Assembly: GCA_030704615.1 (NCBI GenBank)
Contig: CM060734.1
Location: 22,010,001 to 22,074,000 of the forward strand
Length of the DNA stretch: 64,000 bases
Source: Takakia lepidozioides
Taxonomy: Eukaryota; Plantae; Bryophyta
Direction of reading: 5' to 3'
Shown piece by piece: positions 1-13,251 of the stretch (the stretch's first letter is position 1; every line of letters starts with the position of its first letter). The notes under the pieces were generated by a model, which saw only the letters and a list, made by a program, of their open reading frames with translations, made no database searches and had not been told where the DNA came from. The position numbers and the translations under genes are program-made.

Positions 1-73
1 TAAGTTGTAGGGGCGCTTGATTGAGTTCAAATGGATTGAGTTCAAAATTTGGAACTGCGGAGCTACTTTCTGC

Positions 74-186
74 AAATGAACCAGCCATTGTCCAGTATTG
101 AAACCAAAATCTGCCCCATAACTGCGCAGCCACTTTGTTTAAATGAACCAGCCGTCGTCCAGTATTGAAAACAAAATATGCCCCAT
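74..186. repeat. Two imperfect ~46-bp direct repeats
   Basis: aaatgaaccagcc...gtccagtattgaaa...tgccccat at ~74-119 and ~141-186. Confidence 0.7.
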
Positions 187-1166
187 CTGTGGTGGGATTG
201 TTTGGTAGGTGATTAATTATGTGCAAATCGTGCTTAGTGTAATCTGCCAGCTTTAGTGATAACCATGCAATTATAAATACAGTAAGTACATGAATGCATT
301 GATAGGTCACCAAACTACCATATCTGTAGGCAATTATGGCCATTGGTGGTTCCTAAACAAACCAATGAAATCTGTTGATCCAGTCAAGGGCATCAGTTGT
401 CACTTTTATGTACAAAAATAGGGCTCCATTCAAGGTCACACACACATTTAGGTGTTACTACCTTAGATAGTGGAATCTCCCACGGATGAGGGCAATAGAA
501 GAAGTGTAAAGACAAACTAACTAAACAAGAAAAAGAAAATAAGAGAGGAGGAGGCGCGATGTAGCTCCGCATGTTGCGGTGAGAGGAAGGACTCGTATCA
601 ACGGTAACTTAGTCTCGTCGAGCGATCTGGAGTTGCACGCCGTCCTAATCGTCATCGTCTTCGTCTTTGCTACCCCTAGAGGCAACCTTAATGCTGGCTC
701 ATCAAGGCAAGCAGATGAACGTTTTCTCATGAACTCCAAACCATCCCTCGATCTTCACTTGAAAGCCCCGAAAAAACCTTACCGGTATCCATCTACCTTC
801 ATCCTGAATTGCGAAGCTTCAATGCGCCCCCACTCTCACAGTGGTGATATTTCGGCCAGCCTACACTAATCCTCCATTAAAGGCTGATGAGACAGTCCGC
901 CGTCATTTCCCATTCTCATCCTTCCACCACCTTTTGCCCAGCTCATGTAGCTCTTCTCGCAAGCCTTTTCTCCTACCAGCTTATGTCTATCAGTTCCGCT
1001 TCCTCTCCTGCCAGCTTCTGTCTATTGCTTCCTCTCCTTACCATTGAAGGCGAATCTGCAGTTTTTTTATCTAAGATGGGCCCCAACTTCCAGATCCAGG
1101 GTGCTCGAAGCAACCCCAGAAGCAGGATCAACCGCTCAGTAATGCAGGCTCCCCCAAGGCAATCGG

Positions 1167-3440
1167 GTGCTGCCTTTTTTCTCGCTCATCAGGCGCAGGC
1201 AACAGGACGATGCACGTGGTCGTATGGCCATTGCATCGGCGTCTTCAGCGGATCATACTGTTCCCCCGCCCCACACTGCCTCTAGTGCGCCTAATGATGT
1301 GGAGGAAGTTTTATCTGATGATGGAGACGCAGCAGAATCTCAGGCTGAAATGGAAGAAGCAGCGCTCTCAATAGCCATAGATTTCGATGCTCTCGATGCA
1401 AAGGTCTCAGGCTGCCATGAACGTGGCATTCTCCTACATTTTCCTGGGAAAAAACAGGACAGGGCCTTCGTGAGGGAATGGGTGATCTCCCATCTTGGGG
1501 GTTCTGGCGAGCTGCAACAGCACTTCTGCCATGCTAAAGGGCGTGGTTTTTTCTCTATAATATTTGAATCCAAGGCTGCTGCAGATCAAGCCCTGGCATT
1601 CAACCCCCACAGGATGGGGCTCAATGTCAACATTTTTCCCTGGTCCCCTCACATGGGCAGCAAATGATGGTTCCCTAGGGTGGTCACTGTTTGCGGCATC
1701 CCTGATCAATACCTATACTCCCTCCCAAACATTGGGAACTCATTTGGGTATTACTTGGGGTGTTTGGCTGTATTTGACCGCGAGATGAGCACGGACAACT
1801 TGAGAAAAGAGGATGCTTGGAGAAACGTTACAAGTGCTTCAAAGATGAAGGAGAATGGTTTGCCCAAAATTGTTATTATGATGCCCAGTGAGGGGAGAAT
1901 TCCGAGCTACATCAGGTTACCCATTAACAACAAGGGAGACTTTTTCTCTGTCAACCCCTAAAGGCCGGCGCGACCCGAATTGGGTCGCAGCCATTTTCAT
2001 CCATGGATAGCTTCCGTGGATGTACTTGGATGAAAAGAGTCGTCGAAGGAAAAGTGAGCGCGGGGTGGAGGTGCGCACGAGGGAAATTAATGCGCCCCCA
2101 TCGGACAAAACCTCAGGCCGCCACGATTTTTCTAAGCCCTCAAATCCATGGCCTGGGCCGTTGACCTGCCACGTGGCAGGTAAATGTGTGCACCCATCTA
2201 CACTGGTGCTTTTGGATTTTTCTAAAAAAAATTCACATTCCTATTCAACTTTAGGCACTGTAGGATTGCACCAGAGGAAAGTGCATTTGGTTACAATGTA
2301 TAGGATCTATGCAGCATTTTCTATGTCACTGCCACGTGCACCCCCCTAATTGCACATACAAACCAGCTAGTAGATTTTTTGGGAATTTGGTCCTCCAATT
2401 TCAGGAGAAGACCTGTAACCCAACAAGGAATCTGTCTGCGGTGGTCTGGGACTGAGCAAAAAAAATTGTGATGGTAAATTTCCTTGGTCAAAGTGATTTT
2501 TTCTGTCCACGTTTACTTGGACTTGATAGCTCCACCATGGTGATTCATTATAATCTCCCTAAATTGACGGTCATTTCTTTTGAAATTTGGTCAACTCCTG
2601 CGTGGAGTAGGTAAAAACCAGTTAGTATGGTTCAATTCCCTAGATGAACCCCTGTTGGCAGATACGGGGTTATTCATGACAGTGGGTCCCATTTTGGGGG
2701 TGTTTTCCAATTTGGCACCCGGCGCTTAGGGGTTAAACTAATGGAAGATACGACTGGCACGGCATGCTTCAATTGCGGAAAACAGGGTCACTTGAAAGCC
2801 AGTTGTCCTAACGAAAAGCAAAAACGCAACTCCCCTATTCAGAAAACCTCAACCCCATTTGATTGCGATCTCTGTTGGGGACCAAGTCATTCCTGCGAAC
2901 ACCCTAAGTTCCAAAACTCCCCAGGCACCTAAGGGGAATGTCTCAGTTACAGACAATGTTCCATCGGCCCTTATATGCCTACCCAAGAAAAAACATCTAC
3001 TCTAAGGCTTGAGGTGGTTGGTAACTGCGAACAAAGCCCAAGCTGGGCCCTGCAACTGCTCCCGTCATCAATCTCTGCACCTGCAGCCAAGAAGCATCGA
3101 AGACAAATGGACCCAATGCAGCTAGAAGATGCCATCTCAAGGTCTGTGATGAACACCAGGTCCCCCCTTCAATACATCCAAGATGGTGAGGATTTGTCGG
3201 CTGCCATTCTCTGGTCACCAATTCTAGCACAACAACAGCCACCTATGCTCATGGGAACAACCAAAGGCCAGACATCTCCCCTACCTGGCCCGGTCATCAC
3301 ATCCACAACAGTTCCAACTGACCCTAAAGGGAGCCCAGCAACGTCCACAAGGTTCCAACAAACTCCAGAGTTCATAGGACTTCCCTCCAACTCCAACACT
3401 CCCATGAGATCCATTGACTTCCAGAATCCAAAGGCAAACA
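1167..3440 (+). pseudogene. Decayed LINE (L1-type) ORF1: DUF4283/RRM-like region plus CCHC zinc knuckle
   Basis: GRGFFSIIFES...IFPWSP, then WVTVCGIP, then CFNCGKQGHLKASC (2741-2932). Frameshifts are present; it is split by the 1955-2732 insertion and truncated by a Copia LTR. Confidence 0.75.
1955..2732. mobile_element. Non-autonomous piggyBac-like TIR element (MITE)
   Basis: Ends are CCCCTAAagGCCGG ... CCGGcgcTTAGGGG, flanked by TCAA (1951-1954) and TTAA (2733-2736). Removing it plus one TSD restores ORF1 in frame (FFS-VKL-MEDTTG). Confidence 0.75.
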
Positions 3441-3985
3441 TATGGATTGCACTCAACCCTATAATTGCAAGCATATGCCTTAGACTTCGTACATTCCCCT
3501 CCCTCACTCTGAGAGGATGCACTCAGTTGGCTTCACCAAAGGAGCCTCATGCTTGTGGAAACAACATGCTTATAAAAGCAGCAATCACAAGTAGACAAGA
3601 TGTGGCACACTCTTAGCAGTAACTTGTAAATGTGGTATTACTCATGTCAAAGAATACAAGACTGACTCTACTAGCATACTAGCAGGCTTTGCCACTTCAC
3701 TCACCGACCTTAGCTATTACCAGCAATACATAAGCACATATACAAAAGCTACAGTGCGTCCTACAAGGGCTAATCACGAGAAGACAACATTAGTTCAAAG
3801 GTGCATTGCTCGCTACCTCTGTCGATCAGCTACAGCAAACTAATCAGCTATCAGACAGGTCGAACGAGTGGCCTATTAGTGGATTACTAGTTCTTGATTA
3901 AGTGACTAGTTACTTGATCAAGAAATCTGATCAAGAAGGCTGATCAAGAAGGCTGCCCTATGTTGTAGATAAAATATATCCAATA
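3441..3985 (-). repeat. Probable Copia 3' LTR
   Basis: Follows the PPT directly. Ends tatggat/atccaata are near-inverted; tgatcaagaa occurs three times. The left boundary is approximate. Confidence 0.55.
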
Positions 3986-4025
3986 CTCCCACTCGACGTT
4001 GGGGCAGTCTTCTTCTACTAAAACT

Positions 4026-5450
4026 TCAAACAGCTATCAAGCCTAGGAGACCATGCATACGCTGGTACTTCTCAGTGGGAAGCGGCTTCGTCAAGACATC
4101 GGCAATCTGATCTTCAGTCTTAACGTACATCACGTCGATGTGCCCTCGAATAATATGAAATGCTACATCAATGTGCTTGGTCCTGCGATGAAACTCTGGA
4201 TTTCTCACTAGACGAATGCATGATTGGTTATCGCTAAGGAGGGGTGTTGCAGACAGCTGTGGAAAGCCAATGCTCTGCAACAGGCGCCTATGCCAAATAA
4301 TCTCTTTCGTGGCCATAGCTGCGGCAATGTACTCAGATTTGGTTGTGCTTCCCAACGTACAAGGCTGCTTCCGGCTGAGCCATGCCACAGGCCCGTTGTC
4401 GAGGAACAAAATAACTCCACTACGTGACTTCCGATCATCAATATCAGCCGCATAATCAGAGTCACAGTACACAGTTAAGACATGTGGGCTGTGGTCACTG
4501 GCTCGGTAGGTGATCGCCCAGTTGGGGTTGCCTCGGAGATACTTCATGATTCTTGAAACGGCACCACAGTGAGCACGTCGAGGCTTCTCACTGAACTTGG
4601 ATGTAGTGCCAACTGCATATGAGATATGTGGGCGAGTGCAGAGGGAAGGGAAAAACAACTTCCAATAATCTCTTTGTAGGGAAATTTGTGATGATTACCT
4701 CATCTTGGCGTGTGACCTCGTCAAGTCTCGCGTTGGGATCAGCTGTTACAGTGACTGCATCGGCATCGGCATACCCAAACTTACGAAGAATCTTCAAAAT
4801 ATAACGTGTCTGATCTAGCGTCATGGTGCGATTGAAGCGATCTCGTTGGATGTGTAGGCCAACATAGATTTCAGTAGCGCCTTTAGTAATGGTAAACGCT
4901 TTCCCCATGTCGTGGAGGATAGCTTTAGCCGACCTCTCCTTGGTGTTGAACCCAACCCATCATCAACAAAAATTGCAAGCAGCAGTCTTGGATCATTGCA
5001 TAAATACATACATGGGTCTGCATCACTGGGTACTAAGCCATGAGTCGTGATGAAAGCATTGAAACATTTGTTCCATGCTCTACTCGCTTGCTTTAAGCCA
5101 AGCCATACATGGACTTCTTCAATCTGCACAGGGCTGTAGGATTATTTTGATCAACAAAACCCAAGGGCTGATCCATGTAGATCTCTTCTATGATTTCACC
5201 ATACAAAAATGCAGTTTTCACATCAAACTGGGTGATCTCCTAATCTTCAACCATGGCCACTGACAGTAAGGTGCGAATGGAGTCAAACTTCGCCACAGGT
5301 GAGAAAGTCTCAGTATAGTCGACTCCAGCTTTTTGTGTGTATCCTTTCGCACAGAGTCTCGCTTTGTATCGATCGATCTCCCCATCTACATTCAGCTTCA
5401 ACTTATAGACCCATTTACAACTGATACGTTTCCGACTTGGGGGTAATGCA
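4026..5450 (-). pseudogene. Copia RT-RNase H, frameshifted
   Basis: ORFs 4821-5129, 4588-4908 and 4026-4658 lie in shifting frames and carry Copia motifs. Confidence 0.9.
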
Positions 5451-6065
5451 TGGCCTCATGATAGGTAGATGATTCCTCAGGCAACAATGGCTCTACGTGA
5501 TTCGTAGCAATGCATGCTTGATGTCGCCCAGGGTAGAACCAATCACCGTATTTAGTTGGCGGTCTGCGCACTCGCGGCTCTAAAGTTGGTACCACCTCAG
5601 CTTCCTCAGTTGGCTCACCACATCTTCCACTTTCATATGCAACGGCTCCCTAGTCTGGCATGCGTTGAATGGTCTCGACAGGTTCAATGAGTGACTAAGA
5701 GCCAGATCTTGTGCTCATGGGCCGATTCGCTGGCAAATCTTGGACTTCTTGTTCTTGAGATTGCAAATCCCCACCTGGCAATACATCTCCCACTGGCATG
5801 CCTCTTGTTGGTGCCACAACACCCACTGGAATGACGCTCTCAATATCTTCATCATCACCAATTTGGAAAGTAGCATAGTTGGCTTCCCAGGTATCATGCC
5901 CACTGTTTGTGACCGAGGATCCATCTTCATTGAAAAGAATGTCACGGCTCTCGTCAATGCGCCCTTGTCATTCAGCCACACTCTATATGCCTTACTCGTG
6001 AGGCTGTATCCCATAAAGATACCATTTTGGCTCTTGGCGTCCAATTTTGTACGCAGCTTGGATGA

Positions 6066-7108
6066 CACTTCCGCGTGAGCGTGAGCATGAGAGCGTACGC
6101 TCACGCGATGGTGACGTGGCATGAGCGCAGGCTCACACCAGCTGATGTGGCGTGAGCGTGAGGCTGACGTGGCGAGGGCCTGCTGACATGTCGTTATCCT
6201 GCTGACGTGGTAGTCGTCAAAATGACGTGGCATTTGGACAACTTGCCAAATGCCATGTCATCAGAAACATATAGCACCTATAGCCGAGGGGCCTATAGCC
6301 GTGGCATTCATTTATCCAAAACACCAAAAATTAAAATGCAGGAACGACTTGTGAAAGCATTCGCATCCATTCCATTTATTTTCGAACGACTACACACAAG
6401 AAAGAAATGGCACACATTGCACAACATAATTGTGCAATGCACTGGCACCAAATATACGAAGGGACATCAAGTTCAAGTTTCAATTCTTGTGAAATCCAGT
6501 AATGGAAATTGCAGATGACCAAAGTGAAGAGGATGCTATGTGCTCCTATCCCGCTGCATAAGTGTATTCATCTCATTGAAACTCATGGTGGCCTAGTAAA
6601 TGAAGATGTCGCGTCTGGGATCACAAACCGTTTTGTTCAAGAAGATAAAATACAGATGCTTGCAGGGTATAAATTTTCTTGTCTTTCCCAAACTTGTTGT
6701 AAGCATGCCAACAAAATCAGGACAGGTGCAGTTGGGGAAATTTGAAACTGTGGTGTCATACAATCGGTCATGCATAGTGGATGTGGAGGTCATCATAGTG
6801 TAGATTCGTCCATACCCGGGATGTGGAACTTCCGTAGTGCCTTAAACACGACCTTGAAGCATTCGAGCGGATTCCACCTTGCCGAAGTGTTCGGCAGTCG
6901 GAGAGAAACGACAAACCAGCTTCCCATTTCGTTTTGTTGGCCATGTATCAGCATTGGGTGGTGGCACTGGAGAACTTGCTGAAGTAGAAGCACCTGCATG
7001 TACAGAGGGGGCTCGTTGAAGGGAGAAGCCTGCCTCCTCCAACATGGCAATCTCCTAAGTTGTGAGATGTGTCCCCACCTTCACAAGCCAAATGCTTGGT
7101 GGAGGAGG
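6066..7108 (-). mobile_element. MULE/Mutator-like DNA transposon, 3' part (SWIM zinc finger and terminal region)
   Basis: CTCPDF...FIPCKHLYFIF SWIM motif (6593-6796). The tgacgtggc-rich terminal region at 6066-6300 interrupts the Copia integrase. It rejoins 18206+ in frame. Confidence 0.7.
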
Positions 7109-7530
7109 TGTCATGATTTTAGTTATGGTTAACTAGAATTACCTATTTTTAGTTAACTAGGACATTTTAGATATTTATATTTATATTTTGTGTGTTGGGA
7201 CTTCATTTGGTCTCATATGCCAAGTGAGGTGTCAAGCCTCACTTGGGACATGGGGATGGGTTTTCCCCTTGTGAGCGTTGAGGAGGGCTCATCTTCTTGT
7301 AGTTGAGCCTCCATGAGCCTCTCTCACCTCCATAGCTCCAGGTATTGAGAGGGAGTGTGTTGAGGGCTTTGTTGGGTGGATTCCTTAAGCAAAGGTGCCA
7401 TTGGCTTGACTTAGTTTATGTGATAGAGTGGATTTCACTTGGAAGGACTAGGGCTTGTTCTTAGTGTGATTGCTTCATGCTTAGAGAGCTTTCATTGTCT
7501 TCCACTTCTCTCATTTATCATCTCTTATCA
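7109..7530 (+). repeat. Terminal repeat A1 (422 bp)
   Basis: Near-identical to 17699-18119; starts TGTCATG; internal hairpin ccaagtgagg-N7-cctcacttgg at 7220-7246. Confidence 0.95.
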
Positions 7531-8823
7531 CTACAAGAAGATCACCTTATGCTTGTGAGTGCGGAGTGTAAGGATTAGTTTTGCACTTGTATGTTAAAGA
7601 GGTTGAGAGCTAGGAGAATTTGGCTCTTGTATCACAAGGCTTGCAAGGGGTTGCAAGGAAGGGTGCTCGGGTGTTGGATGCACCAAGGAGTTGGAGAGCT
7701 TGAGAAGAAAGCTCTTGAGTCACAAGATTTTGCAAGGATTGCAAGGAGGAAGTCTTGTGTGTATGGAAGAATGGATTCTAGGGTTTGAGAATCTTTTGTA
7801 TGCACTATGGAGTCAATGGTGTGTGTCATGGCTTATGGAGAGTGACTAAAGGCTTGTTAGTGCTCATTTCACTATCAAGCTAGGGTTAAGCAAGTTCAAA
7901 GTGTGGATGTTGTGGAAGAGAAGCCAATGAGCTATATAGGCTTGGGCTTGAAGACAACAAGGGCAAGCACTTGGAGAGCCCTAAGAAGCTCAAGAGGTTT
8001 TGAAAGGGAGCATGTGAAGAAATCTTCCAATCATGGTAGTGTAGAGCCAAGCTTAGGGCGCCATTGGAAGGGCTTGGAGAACATATGGTGGGAAATCCTT
8101 GAAGGGAAATCATCATTCAATGTATACATAGCTTCACCCTAACTATGTAATGTGACAAGAGGGGGAGGCAATACTTGGCTATTCATGCTCTTAGTAGTGC
8201 GAGCTTTGTGGTGGATAGTTGACCTAGCAAGTGGTGCATGTGTGGAGCATGCTCTCTTGAGTTTGTAAGTTCAAGTTTGAGAAGGGGAGCTCTTGAACTA
8301 GCAAGAGGTGAAGGCCTTGAGATCCATTTGTGTGTGAAGTGGAGAGGTGTTGATTCATATTATGATGAAGGAGAGCAATACATAGACTAAGAGGTCATGG
8401 AACATGCATTCAAATGACCAAGGGAGCACATGGATGATGGATTGGTGCAAGACCCCAAATGAGGCATATGGCGTGAGAGTGGGATCCAAGGCGGATTGCT
8501 TGGGAGACATTATTGTAAGTGACAAGCATTGCTCCTACACATTGAGATAATTTGTGTTGATTTGGAGCAATTATCAAGTGATGAGGAGACAAATGCATGA
8601 TTGCTCGGCAATGGAGATATGGTAGTTTGCAATCAAATCCCAAGGACTAGAAGGGGGATTGATTTGGTGGACAATGACTTGCAAGTTGAGTTGGACCACT
8701 CTTGGTTGCACATTGGGGTGGAAGAGAGCAAGAAGATGCCTCTTATGACCACCTAGAGACCATATTTTTGCTTGAGTAGAAGCATAGAAGTCAAGGACTT
8801 GCATTCTAGCTCTAGTAGTGTAT

Positions 8824-9063
8824 GCTCAGACTATACCTCTGTTAGTATACCAAACATGAGCTTGTCCATTTTACTATACCTCTATTGAGGTATCACCATA
8901 TGTGAACCCTAATCAGCTCAAACTATACCTCTGTTAGTATACCAAACATGAGCTTGTCCCTTTTACTATACCTTTGTTGAGGTATCACCATATGTGGACC
9001 CTAATCAGCTCAGACTATACCTCTGTTAGTATACCAAACAGAACCCTCATTTTCAGACTATAC
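8824..9063. repeat. Tandem repeat, 92-bp unit, ~2.4 copies
   Basis: gctca(g/a)actatacctctgttagtataccaaac starts at 8824, 8916 and 9008. Confidence 0.9.
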
Positions 9064-11985
9064 TGTAGTGTGAATGCAGGGGGGTGACATTGAAATTTTT
9101 GTTTTTACTCACTAAGATTCTGCATTTCTACAAAGGAAGGGCCTTGGTACCAATGTGAAAATAGGTTGAGTTGTCCCTGCAATTTATTCCATACATGTTT
9201 CTAGGTTACATCATGGGAACGATGGGGAACTCTTGGCCAGGATGAAAATGCTCAATTTATTTCATACATGCTATGGGCGGAATTCAACCCTACCTACAGG
9301 TTATTTCATGGGCACACTATGCTGATACTTTGCCAGGATGAAAGTGGCTAAGTCGTGACCAGGCGTATTTTCATCCAGAGGATGAATGGATTACATCCAT
9401 GCTTACTGGATGACTCCCAGGAACGAGGACGAAGCATCCAGTGCCAAGGATGCAATGAATTTGTGATTAACTCTGTTAATGAAACCTAGCACGTTTTCCG
9501 TTCGTGAAAATGGATGACTTTCATCACTGGCGGTTACCCTAGAAACGTGGGACGAGGAAGACGAAGGGGAAGATGACGGGGGCTCTGAGCAGATGCTGCG
9601 AACATGGAATTGGCAGGGCATTGTGTCAAGGGCCATTGCATCTACGCTGGGGCATTCTGGCTTGCATTAAGAGAATTTTTAATGTAGAGGATAAGGGCAC
9701 ATCTTGGTAATCTGTGCAGCAGGGAAAGCGGTGCTGCCATCTTCTTGATAATGATCAATTTCTGGAGGATATGCTTACAGGGGATCGGTGTGGCATGCGA
9801 TGGAGCAATCAGTTAACAGGCGGTGCCGTCGCTGCTATGGTGAATGGGTAGCTTAGGGCTTGCTGGAGGATAATCGTGCAGGGAACAGCTTGGAAGAGTT
9901 GTGCGCAAGCCAGGTGAAAGGAGACGGTGTTGTCACTAATCTTGTGCAACCACCAGAGCCGCCATTGCCTTGATGAACATGATCAGGATGAGCTTGCAAG
10001 GAAAACGGCCAGCCACCAGAGAACAGTGTGGTGGGGTTGCTGGCACAATCAATGGAGAGTTAGGATGAGGAGCAGCTCCACATAACGAGCATCTGCTAGA
10101 GCGAATGAGGGATTGGCTTGTGGATGGTGACTCAGGTTATCTGTAAATAAGGAGGCAAAGAGTGAAATGTACAGGCAAAAGCTTTCAGATGATGACTGTC
10201 TTCTTGTTATAAGATCATATCAGATCTTAGGGTAGATTAGCAGAGATGGTGGGATAGGGTAGTTAGTTGGCAAGCGACACGGTTACTGCCATGGACTGAA
10301 GCAGAGCCGTCATGACTCACTGAACGCTTGAATCGACGAATATCTGAAAGGTAGAGTGGCAGAGTGATGACAGGATCTGACATGCATAGATCTTTGTTCT
10401 TACAACGTGGCATTCAGACGACAAGAGGAGTTAGGGTAGCTGCTGACAGAGATGGTGAGGTGCCATTTCGGGCAGGCAATCCCACCGCTTCACCTGGAGT
10501 ATAAGACAGCTAAGTTCGTAGATGCATGGCTCTTCTCTCAGACTTAGGAATAGTGGCTTCTTTTTCACTTAGGAATAGTTGTTGTTGCTTGGACTTAGGA
10601 GCTCTCAAGCAAGACTGATGTAGGAGATAAGATTTTGAGAAATGGAATGGAGGTGGCCTGACTTCAAACCAGGGAGATTGTAGAGAGGATGTGAGAGGAT
10701 GCATATGTCCCTGGGGATATTGATTAGAGGGCAGATGCAGTCCCACCATAGTCACTGAGTGTATGAAATTTCTTTTGCTTCATCATCATCTGTTCCAGTA
10801 GCATGAATCTGGACCCAATGTTGCATTGAAGGTTGATGTCAAATGTACATGCAATTTTGAGCACAGTAGAGCACAAACCAGTAGGGTTAGCTGCCTTTTT
10901 AACAATAGAAAGATGAGGCTGATGGTGTTTCATTGGAGAACTAGGGTATCCTGAATTTATGTGGCATGCATACATTAGAGGAATGAAGTGGAAAATTATC
11001 TTAAGCTGTTTAGTGTAGTTGCCTTACTGAAGCTGAAACCTGAAGTTTGATCCCATAATGAAGGATTTAGTTTGGGAACTCTGTTGGTTCAAAGCTGAAT
11101 GCAAAAGGTAAGGATGGGGTAGAATGTAGATATAGATAATGGGCTCTTTATCACTGACTGACAGACCTGAATTGTCTCTGAAAGCAATCAGAATGGATGG
11201 CCTTGTTTGGGAAGAGAGAATGACCAAACAGGGAATGTGGGGCATCCTTGAGATATCAAATCACAAATTTTGTATCTGGTCTTGCTGGATGTGTTGCCTT
11301 GGTGTAATTGCACAGCATGTAGGAAGGGTGCAGTGTTCTACATGATACCCAAGGAATATTTTGTCATGCAAGGGTGAGAAAAGAAAACTGGAGAGCTGCA
11401 CAGAAATAGGAAGAACGAAGGGATAACCAGTTGTAAGCTGAGATAGAAATGGAGAAGCTTCCCAGTCCCATCCATGTTTTCTCTTCCGCTGCGGCATGGA
11501 TGAGGGCATCTGGTCTCTGGTCACGAATAGTAAAGGGTCAATGATTGAGGATAGTGAGTTAGGGTAGCAACTGTGGAGTGTTTTTGGTGTGGGGTAGTTG
11601 TTGTCTTGATTTTCTTGTGTTTGGATCCCCTCCATACCTGCATGCTTGACTGTGCGTCATGTTAGCTTTATGTGGGCGCTTGTTTTCATAGGAGGTTGGT
11701 CTGGATTTGATCACCGGCCAATCCTAGAGTATGCTGTCGGTGGTGAGGCTGGAGTGATGACCAGCAAGACCACCAGTGTTTCTTCTATGGTGAGGCTGGT
11801 TTGATGACCAGCAGACCATAGGAGTGCTTGCGGTGGATGCAGGTGCATGTACATGTCTACGTTAGAAACCTATTATTCCTGCTTGAACCACTAGCCGCAA
11901 CAGGTTCTCTACCCGGTTACCTTGTGGAAAGTGGGGATTAGAGACAGGTTGACAACCGGTTAGGTTGTGAGTTTTCATCACGGAG

Positions 11986-13251
11986 GTGCCACCAGTTGCT
12001 GAGGGGAGTGCCGGTACGAGCACCAGCAATACTAGTGGGTACACAAGACGAGGTGTGCGGTTTAGGCCACCTTCACCTTCAGTGTATTCTGAGGAAGGTT
12101 CAGACTCGGAGTCAGGAGGATTCTCGCCGAGGGTGCAAGTCATTTTCGTGCCATTGTTGTGGGACACGATGGAGGAGATATATGGAGCTACCAAGGGGCC
12201 ACGTAGGTACTCTGGAGCTGTGGGCACCATCGAGCTTGATGACTTCATACAGGAGTTTGACAGTTGGTGTGATTTGCAACAAATGCGCAATCCACAACTG
12301 TTTACGCCCTTTATGGCGTGGAAGGGGCTATTCCAGCACCTTGAGGGGCCGCCCATGGATGATTACCATGAATTTAGGCGGGGACATGCGGTGGAGATTG
12401 AGGAGTGGGTATTGGTCACCTAACTATGTCTCCGTCACTAGAGGCACAAGGGCAGCGGCGACACCAACAGCTACACAAACATCTCCAACTGCAAGCACTA
12501 GTAGTGGGACAAGTGGTACAGGAGCTGGGAAATCCACTCAAGCTCTTGCTGCAGCACCAGCACCCGTGCCTGCCTTTAACCCAGTTGTGGAGTTCTTCGA
12601 GGAGTTGAGGAGAAACTACCAAGGGATAAGCACAGAGTTGCGGAGCTTGCAAGAGTTCCAACGAAGGCCTACTGAGAGTTTGAGGGAGGCTTACACTCGC
12701 ATGAGGCGCTTGATAAACGTAACCCAAGGGGTTATAGAAGCTCAGGCAGTCCAGTTTTGGTATGGGATCCTGGACAAGGAGCTGAGGAGAAGGGTGCGGG
12801 ATGCAACTCTCCTACAAGTAGCCCAACCCACCTTAGCAAATGTGCTTTTGCTGGCAGAGCAGATAGAACTCAATATGGTGGAGGAGCGGGTTGTTATGGT
12901 GGGATTTGGCAAGGAGACACAACAAAGTGGAGTTCCTAGCCAACAACAACCAACTCCCTAACGTGCTCAAGGCAACAAGGGATGAAGCCTAGGGAAGGCC
13001 ATAGAGGATCTCAGATTCAGAGGTCTCTCCCTTCATTCTCGGGCCAACAACAGATGAGTGTGTCATGTTGGGATTGTGGAGGACCCCATGTCAAGAAGGA
13101 CTGCCCGGAGAGAGGCAAAGGGCCGGCACAGGCACAGCCTACACAACTACACTGTGGGCATTGTGGAAAGTATGGGCATGAAGAGGCCCATTGTTATGAC
13201 TTACATCCTGAGCTACGGCCAGGCCAGTTCCAAGGGAACAATGGTGGCTGA
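11986..13251 (+). pseudogene. Gag of the DNMT retroelement, with two zinc knuckles
   Basis: ELDDFIQEFDSWCD; LQEFQRRPTESLREAYTRM (retrotransposon-gag-like); CWDCGGPHVKKDC and CGHCGKYGHEEAHC; frameshifts. Confidence 0.85.

Larger units (their letters stand above)
3441..6065 (-). mobile_element. Ty1/Copia LTR retrotransposon, 3' half (integrase tail, RT, RNase H, PPT, 3' LTR)
   Basis: KLDAKSQNGIFMGYS integrase tail; LKQASRAWN and LAIFVDD (RT); YCDSDYAAD...RRTKHIDV (RNase H); PPT gagtgggag on the minus strand at 3986-3994. Confidence 0.9.

Noticed and set aside
7529-7540. CACTACAAGAAG resembling an En/Spm TIR at the end of A1, with tgtagtg at 9064-9070
   Set aside because: No subterminal repeats, only a 7-bp inverted match and no 3-bp TSD (tat vs tga). 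The CA belongs to repeat A
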